NCBI GenBank assembly: GCA_963783375.1
Contig: CAWANH010000017.1
Coordinates: 1 to 64,000 of the forward strand
DNA length: 64,000 nt
Origin: Candidatus Eiseniibacteriota bacterium
GTDB lineage: Bacteria; Eisenbacteria; RBG-16-71-46; JABDJR01
Reading direction: 5' to 3'
Positions 58,329 to 64,000 of the stretch are shown here, piece after piece. The notes beneath the pieces are model-generated. The model was not told the origin of the DNA. It made no database searches and saw only the letters and a list, made by a program, of their open reading frames with translations. Position 1 is the stretch's first letter. Every line of letters starts with the position of its first letter. A program made the translations under genes and the position numbers.

Positions 58329-58835
58329 ATGGCATCCAAGGAATCCTTCGACGTCACCACCGGGGTGGACCTCCAGGAGGTGGACAACGCGGTGAACCAG
58401 GCTTTGAAGGAGCTCATCAACCGCTACGACTTCAAGGGGGTCAAGTTCTCGATCGATCTCGACCGCAAGGAGGGCGCCCTCACCATCCCCGCCCCCGACG
58501 CCTACAAGCTGGAGGCGATCTGGGACGTGCTCCAGACCAAGCTCCTCCGCCGGAACGTCCCCCTCAAGAACCTGAGCCGCGGCAAGATCGAGGACGCGGC
58601 GTCGGGCACCGTCCGCCAGAAGATCGAGCTGGTCCAGGGGCTGAGCTCGGAGATCGCCCGGGAGGTGGTGAAGGCCATCAAGGACGCGAAGCTCAAGCGG
58701 GTCCAGGCGGCCATCCAGGAGAACCAGGTGCGGGTGACCGGTCCCAAGCGGGACGATCTCCAGGAGGTCATCCATCTCCTGAAGGAGAGCGATTTCGGGG
58801 TGGAGCTCCAGTTCGGAAATTTCCGCTCGGGTTAG
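58329..58835 (+). CDS. yajQ: YajQ family nucleotide/c-di-GMP-binding protein
   Basis: SFDV...DLQEVDNAVNQ, RYDFKG, VRVTG.KRDDLQ and QFGNFR motifs. Confidence 0.95.
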   Translation: MASKESFDVTTGVDLQEVDNAVNQALKELINRYDFKGVKFSIDLDRKEGALTIPAPDAYKLEAIWDVLQTKLLRRNVPLKNLSRGKIEDAASGTVRQKIELVQGLSSEIAREVVKAIKDAKLKRVQAAIQENQVRVTGPKRDDLQEVIHLLKESDFGVELQFGNFRSG

Positions 58836-59279
58836 GCTCCGGCGCCCCTTCGGGGACGGCTTTCGATGGCTCCACGGGTTCGCTCCATGCCCGGTGGCTG
58901 GCCGGATAAGTGTTTGTCATAAAACGGAATACAGGCTCGTGGCCGCGGCCTCGGTGGTGGACCCCTCCGCTCCAAACTGCTAGAATCAAGGGGTTCAGAC
59001 GGCCCTTCCCCGGATCCGGCGGACTCCCCGCCGGTCCTGGTGGACGGGCTTCTTCGATTCCACGGTGACCATGACTCCGATTCTGACGTTCTCCATCCTC
59101 CGTCCCGAAACCTCGTTTCGGTACTCCCCCTTCCGGGGTTGGGGCTAGGCCGAGGGCCCAGGACCCACCCCGGCGGCCCCGCGCATGCGGTGCGGCCGCC
59201 CGAGCCGTTCATGGGCAGAGCGGGACCCTTCCCGCCGCCACCTCGGAACCGATCGACGTTCCGTTTGGGAGATTCCGAA

Positions 59280-60629
59280 ATGTCTACGCCGCTTGACGAA
59301 CGCCAGCACGTCGCCCCGGGGGAGGTGTTCGCCACCCTCCGGAAATCGATCCTCGTGGACGGATTCCACGTGGTGGTGGACCTCGAGAAGAGCCACGGCT
59401 CCAAGCTCGTGGACGCCCGCGACGGCAAGGAGTACCTCGACTTCTACACCTACTTCGCGAGCCTTCCCGTGGGCCACAACCACCCGAAGATGAAGGAGCC
59501 CGACTTCCGGAAGAAGCTCCTCCGGGCGGCGACGGCAAATCCGGCCAACAGCGACGTCTACACCGTCGAGTACGCCGAGTTCGTGGAGACCTTCCGCCGC
59601 GTCGCCCAGCGGGACTACCTGCCCCACGCCTTCTTCGTGGCCGGGGGGGCGCTGGCGGTGGAGAACGCCCTCAAGGCCGCCTTCGACTGGAAGGTGCGGA
59701 AGAACCAGGCCAAGGGAATCCGGGGGGAGTACGGGAGCAAGGTGATCCACCTCCGCCAGGCCTTCCACGGCCGGACCGGCTACACCATGAGCCTCACCAA
59801 CACCGCCGATCCGCGGAAGACCATGTTCTACCCGAAGTTCAACTGGCCCCGGATCGAGAACCCCAAGTGCATCTACCCGCTCACGGGGATGAACCTGGAG
59901 CGGGTGATCGAGGCGGAACGGCGGGCGGTGCACGAGATCTACGAGGCCGCCTCGGCGTACGGCGACGACATCGCCGCCCTGATCCTGGAACCCATCCAGG
60001 GAGAGGGCGGGGACAATCACTTCCGCGGAGACTTCCTCCGCGAGCTGCGGCGGCTGGCCGACGAGCTGGACTTCCTGCTCATCTACGACGAGGTGCAGAC
60101 CGGGGTCGGCCTCACCGGTAAGTTCTGGTGCTACGAGCACTTCGAGGGCGCCGAGCCCGATGCGGTGGCCTTCGGAAAGAAGATGCAGATCTGCGGGTTC
60201 CTGGGGGGGAAGCGCTTCGACGATGTGGAGAAGAACGTGTTCGTGGAGTCGAGCCGCATCAACTCCACCTGGGGAGGGAACCTCGCCGACATGGTGCGCG
60301 GCCAGCGCTACCTGGAGATCATCGAGGAGGAGAACCTGGTGGAGAACGCCCGGCTCCGCGGTGACGTCCTGTTGACCGGGCTCCGCGAGCTGCAGGAGCG
60401 TCATCCGGTGGTGACCCAGGCCCGGGGCCGGGGGCTCATGGCCGCCTTCGACCTTCCCGACACCGATTCGCGAAACAAGGTGCTGGCCCAGGCCCGGGAG
60501 GACGGGGTGCTGGGCCTTCCCAGCGGGCCGCGGAGCATCCGTTTCCGCCCGGCCCTGAACGTGACCGATGCCGATCTCCATCGGGGAATCGACATTCTCG
60601 ACCGGGCGATCAAGACCGTCCTGGCGTAA
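59280..60629 (+). CDS. lat: L-lysine 6-transaminase (class III PLP aminotransferase)
   Basis: PANSDVYT, GGALAVENALKAAFDWK, DEVQTG, FGKK and SRINSTWGG; start moved to ATG 59280. Confidence 0.92.
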   Translation: MSTPLDERQHVAPGEVFATLRKSILVDGFHVVVDLEKSHGSKLVDARDGKEYLDFYTYFASLPVGHNHPKMKEPDFRKKLLRAATANPANSDVYTVEYAEFVETFRRVAQRDYLPHAFFVAGGALAVENALKAAFDWKVRKNQAKGIRGEYGSKVIHLRQAFHGRTGYTMSLTNTADPRKTMFYPKFNWPRIENPKCIYPLTGMNLERVIEAERRAVHEIYEAASAYGDDIAALILEPIQGEGGDNHFRGDFLRELRRLADELDFLLIYDEVQTGVGLTGKFWCYEHFEGAEPDAVAFGKKMQICGFLGGKRFDDVEKNVFVESSRINSTWGGNLADMVRGQRYLEIIEEENLVENARLRGDVLLTGLRELQERHPVVTQARGRGLMAAFDLPDTDSRNKVLAQAREDGVLGLPSGPRSIRFRPALNVTDADLHRGIDILDRAIKTVLA

Positions 60630-60641
60630 TCGACCCGCCGG

Positions 60642-60680
60642 CCGGACCCGGACGCCCGCATGAGGGACGCCCGGGTCCGG
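60642..60680 (+). terminator. Hairpin downstream of lat
   Basis: CCGGACCCGG...CCGGGTCCGG inverted repeat; no U-tract. Confidence 0.4.
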
Positions 60681-60862
60681 TGCGGTCAGGGTGCATGTTG
60701 GACCGGTCCAAAGCGAGGGCTCGCCTCGCCGCCCGCTCCTTTCCCCGCCGATCCACTCAGATTCCATCGTATACTTGAGCCACTCGCCTCGATGCAATCA
60801 TCCACCGCGTCCCGGTAGGGCCCCGGGCCCGGGCGCAAGATCCCCGCAGGAGGCTTCCCCCC

Positions 60863-61885
60863 ATGCCCGTTTCGTCTCACCTCGACGGCAAGATCGTCAC
60901 CGTCTCCCGCTTCATCATGGAGCAGGAGCGCAACTACCCCGAGGCCACCGGCGAGTTCTCCGATCTTCTGTCCGAGATCATGCTGGCCGGAAAGATCATC
61001 CACCGGGAGGTGAGCAAGGCCGGCCTGCTCGACCTCCTGGGGAAGACCGGCGACACCAACGTCCAGGGTGAGGAGGTGCAGAAGCTCGACGCGTTCGCGC
61101 AGCGCGTGATGTACCAGACCCTCGATCACACCGGGCACCTCTGCGCCATGGCCTCCGAGGAGGAGGAGGGAGTCCTCACCATCCCGCCCGAGTATCCGTG
61201 CGGGAAGTACGTCCTGAACTTCGATCCTCTCGACGGCTCCTCCAACATCGACGCCAACGTCTCCATCGGCACCATCTTCTCCATCCACCGGCGGGTGACC
61301 CCCGGGGACGGCCCGGGGACCGAAGAGGACCTCATGCAGGCCGGCCACCGGCAGGTCTGCGGGGGATACCTGGTGTACGGTTCGAGCACCATGCTGGTCT
61401 ACACCACCGGCCAGGGGGTGCACGGGTTCACCTACGATCCCTCGGTGGGCGAGTTCCTCATGAGCCACGAGAACATCCGCATCCCCAAGAAGGGGAACAT
61501 CTACAGCGTGAACGAGGGAAACGCCATCCGCTGGGACGAGGCCACCCGGCGCTACATCGAGTTCCTCAAGAACGGCGACCGCGAGGACCATCCCTACAAG
61601 GGCCGCTACATCGGAAGCCTGGTCGCCGACGCCCACCGCACCCTGCTCTACGGCGGCATCTTCCTCTATCCCGCGGACTCCGGGCATCCCCGGGGAAAGC
61701 TCCGCCTCCTCTACGAGGCATCCCCCATGGCCTTCATCGTGGAACAGGCCGGGGGGATGGCGGTGGACGGAAAGCGCCGCATCCTCGACATCGAGCCCAC
61801 CAAGCTCCACCAGCGCACCCCGCTCATCATCGGGAGCGACGAGGACGTGAAGGAGTACATGCGGTTCCAGAACGGCGAGATGTAG
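60863..61885 (+). CDS. fbp: Fructose-1,6-bisphosphatase class 1
   Basis: NVQGEEVQKLD, DPLDGSSN, RYIGSLVAD and GKLRLLYE motifs. Confidence 0.97.
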   Translation: MPVSSHLDGKIVTVSRFIMEQERNYPEATGEFSDLLSEIMLAGKIIHREVSKAGLLDLLGKTGDTNVQGEEVQKLDAFAQRVMYQTLDHTGHLCAMASEEEEGVLTIPPEYPCGKYVLNFDPLDGSSNIDANVSIGTIFSIHRRVTPGDGPGTEEDLMQAGHRQVCGGYLVYGSSTMLVYTTGQGVHGFTYDPSVGEFLMSHENIRIPKKGNIYSVNEGNAIRWDEATRRYIEFLKNGDREDHPYKGRYIGSLVADAHRTLLYGGIFLYPADSGHPRGKLRLLYEASPMAFIVEQAGGMAVDGKRRILDIEPTKLHQRTPLIIGSDEDVKEYMRFQNGEM

Positions 61886-61915
61886 ATCTCCCGCGGGCCG
61901 GTTCCCGGCCGGGGG

Positions 61916-63358
61916 TCAGAGCCCGGCGATGGGAAGGTTGAAGACCAGCAGGATCTCGCCCTTCCCCCCGGGGTTGGCGCTCAGGGCCAGCGCCGGTTGC
62001 GCGGGGCTCCAGGCCATGAAGGCCGGGGCCCGGGGGGGATCGAACACCGAAACCGTGACCGGCGATCCCGTGACCGTCAGGCGCAGGTCGTTCGGTGGTT
62101 CCCCCGCCGGCCCCCACAAGGTGGCCACCGGCTGGTTCCCCCAGCCTCCCCAGGCCGGAGCGGTGTAGGCGCCGTCGTCGTCGGCCAGGGTGTCGGCGAG
62201 GGCGGTTCCCTCGGTGAAGATGGGGATGGTGAGGAGCGCCCCGTCCTTGACGAAGGCGATCGCGGAGCCGTCGGGCCGGAAGGCGGGAAGCTTTCCCCGG
62301 AAGGTGGTGGCGAATCGCGGCCCATCGGTGATGCCGTCCGCGAACTCGCTCCAGAAGATCTGGATGGCCGAGGGTTCCTCGGACGGGGTCGACGCATAGG
62401 CCAGGCGGGGAAGGGCGACGGCGGTCGCCGGCCCGTAGCCGGAGAACACCTGCTCGGAAGGCGTCCCCACGCTGTCGATCCGGCCGTCGTTGTCCCGGTC
62501 GGCCACCGCCACGCTGTAGATGTTCCCGGCGTCGGTCACGTAGAAGAGCCACTTTCCGTCCCCGGAGAGGGCGACCGGTTCGTTCACCTTGACCCCGGTG
62601 AGGAGCCGAAGCCCGTTCGGGGTGCCGGTCCGCGGGTTCAGGGCCGAGGTGAAGATCCCGGATCCCTCGGCGGTGCGGGCGCTGTACACCATTCCGAAGC
62701 CGGTCGGGAGCCAGGCCACCCCGCCGATCTCCAGGAAATCGTCCCGCCCCAGGTTCAGGATTTCGAAGTCGCTCTTCCGGGTGGAGAAGGTCACCGTATC
62801 CACCCGGCCGTGGACCAGGGTGACGGAGGTGGGGTTCTGCTCGTAGATGAACGCGTTCTCGGACACGCGCACCGGGTGGCCTCCGGGAGGCAGGGGATCG
62901 AAGGTATGCGGGGTGACGAAGGAGGTGGGTTGCAGGTCCAGGGTGATGTTGGCCCCGGGAGGGTCGGAGTCCACGACGAGGACCGCGTTTCCCACCCGAA
63001 CGGTGACCGACCCGTCCACCGTGAACTCCCCGTCACTGATCTCGACCGTCAACGTGTAGGTGCCCGGAGTCATGGGCGCGGTCCAGATCGTCCCGTCCGT
63101 GGTCGAGTCCGCATAGCTCCCGGCGTCCGCCCGCCAGCGGATCTGCACCGGGTCGCCGTCGGGATCGCCGCCCAGGAGGGTGACCCGAAGGGACCCGCCC
63201 AGGATCACCGCGCTCGGGCGGGCCACCACCTCCTGCAGACGGGGGGGGTGGTTCTGGGGAGCGGTCACGTCGTTTCCGCCGCATCCCGGGCCGGCGAGGC
63301 ACAGGGCGGCGACGAGCGCGAGCGGGGCGAGGCCGGATCGGTCGATGCGCGCGTTCAT
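61916..63358 (-). CDS. Lipoprotein with Ig-like, PEGA and TolB-like propeller regions
   Basis: GPGC lipobox-like site; DPDGDP; SDPPGANITLD (PEGA); PAFRPDG / PAW repeats. Confidence 0.75.
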   Translation of the reverse strand: MNARIDRSGLAPLALVAALCLAGPGCGGNDVTAPQNHPPRLQEVVARPSAVILGGSLRVTLLGGDPDGDPVQIRWRADAGSYADSTTDGTIWTAPMTPGTYTLTVEISDGEFTVDGSVTVRVGNAVLVVDSDPPGANITLDLQPTSFVTPHTFDPLPPGGHPVRVSENAFIYEQNPTSVTLVHGRVDTVTFSTRKSDFEILNLGRDDFLEIGGVAWLPTGFGMVYSARTAEGSGIFTSALNPRTGTPNGLRLLTGVKVNEPVALSGDGKWLFYVTDAGNIYSVAVADRDNDGRIDSVGTPSEQVFSGYGPATAVALPRLAYASTPSEEPSAIQIFWSEFADGITDGPRFATTFRGKLPAFRPDGSAIAFVKDGALLTIPIFTEGTALADTLADDDGAYTAPAWGGWGNQPVATLWGPAGEPPNDLRLTVTGSPVTVSVFDPPRAPAFMAWSPAQPALALSANPGGKGEILLVFNLPIAGL

Positions 63359-64000
63359 GAGCGGCTCCGCTTGTCAGGGTCGCTGGGCGACACCATCACC
63401 GTTTTGTGTTGTCCCACGGTGACCGTTCCCACCGGGGCCTTTCGCGGGCGGCGGACGTGCCGCTTCTCGGTCACCACCACCGGCACCTTTCCCGACCCCC
63501 GCGCCTTGGAGAAGAAGGCGGCGATGGAGGCCGCGGCCAGGACCAGCTCGCGTGGAGCCTCCCGTCCCTTCTCGTGGTGGCGAAGCACGACGTGGGAGCC
63601 CGGGGCCTGGTCGGCGTGCATCCAGATGTCCCCGGGGCGAGCCAGCTCCAGGGTCAGCACCTCGTTCCCGCGGTTGCTCTTTCCCACCAGGACCTCCCAT
63701 CCGTTCCCCAGATCATAACGCCGGGGGCGAAGAGCGGAGGTGAGCCGGTCTTCGGGTCCGCCGTCGGGTTCCGGGGGGAGTTCCTCGCGGGGGAGGTTGA
63801 CCCCGAGCTTCTGCGCCTGGTCGATCCAGGCCCGGCCGGGGCCCTCGGGGCCGGCCTCGGCGAGGCGGGCGGCGAGGTCGCGGAGGGCGTCGAGCCGCCT
63901 GGCCAGCTCCCGCCGCCTCCGTCCCGCCTTCCCCGCGCTCCGTTCCGCCTTCTTGGCCCGGTTGAAGTAGTGCTCGGCGTTCTCGCCGGGATTCCGGGTG
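63355..64000 (-). CDS. rqcH: NFACT/RqcH family protein, C-terminal part (5' end outside the window)
   Basis: ENAEHYFNRAKK, VGKSNRGNE.LT, WMHA...PGSHVVL and AAFFSKAR motifs. Confidence 0.88.
   Translation of the reverse strand, partial: TRNPGENAEHYFNRAKKAERSAGKAGRRRRELARRLDALRDLAARLAEAGPEGPGRAWIDQAQKLGVNLPREELPPEPDGGPEDRLTSALRPRRYDLGNGWEVLVGKSNRGNEVLTLELARPGDIWMHADQAPGSHVVLRHHEKGREAPRELVLAAASIAAFFSKARGSGKVPVVVTEKRHVRRPRKAPVGTVTVGQHKTVMVSPSDPDKRSRS

Noticed and set aside
53966-58420. 1484-aa and 1386-aa giant ORFs
   Set aside because: Shadow frames of accC, the biotin carrier and MCM; only a short piece is the frameshifted MCM N-terminus.

Overview
High-GC bacterial chromosome segment. Two secreted proteins end in FlgD-Ig/T9SS-like 'QNxPNPF...WDG...GxY' tails, which suggests an FCB-related lineage such as Eisenbacteria or Krumholzibacteriota (inference). 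The backbone has three parts. (1) A conserved ffh / rpsP-khpA-rimM-trmD-rplS / yraN cluster, broken up by accessory genes: an IPT/TIG surface protein, a three-gene HipBST-like module, small stress proteins, a repeat-flanked DUF2330-HEAT gene and a glycogen debranching enzyme. (2) An acyl-CoA catabolic operon with MeaB, a mutase carrying isobutyryl-CoA mutase residues, CoA-transferase, thiolase, Hbd and three acyl-CoA dehydrogenases. (3) A propionyl-/methylmalonyl-CoA locus (accC, biotin carrier, MCM, mce), split by a ~7.6 kb island bounded by direct repeats, followed by yajQ, lat, fbp and a partial NFACT/RqcH gene. The most notable signal is non-coding. At 21.8-23.2 kb, two divergent promoters with exact sigma54 GG-N10-GC spacing each sit about 12 nt upstream of a ~190-nt structured RNA. 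One RNA is 6S-like. The other is an unrecognised RNA with repeated GCGAGA / AGACAAGCA motifs and its own terminator, directly upstream of the acyl-CoA operon. Six single-base frameshifts are probably assembly errors. No CRISPR array, tRNA, rRNA, transposase or integrase was seen. All calls come from reading the sequence by eye; no searches were run.
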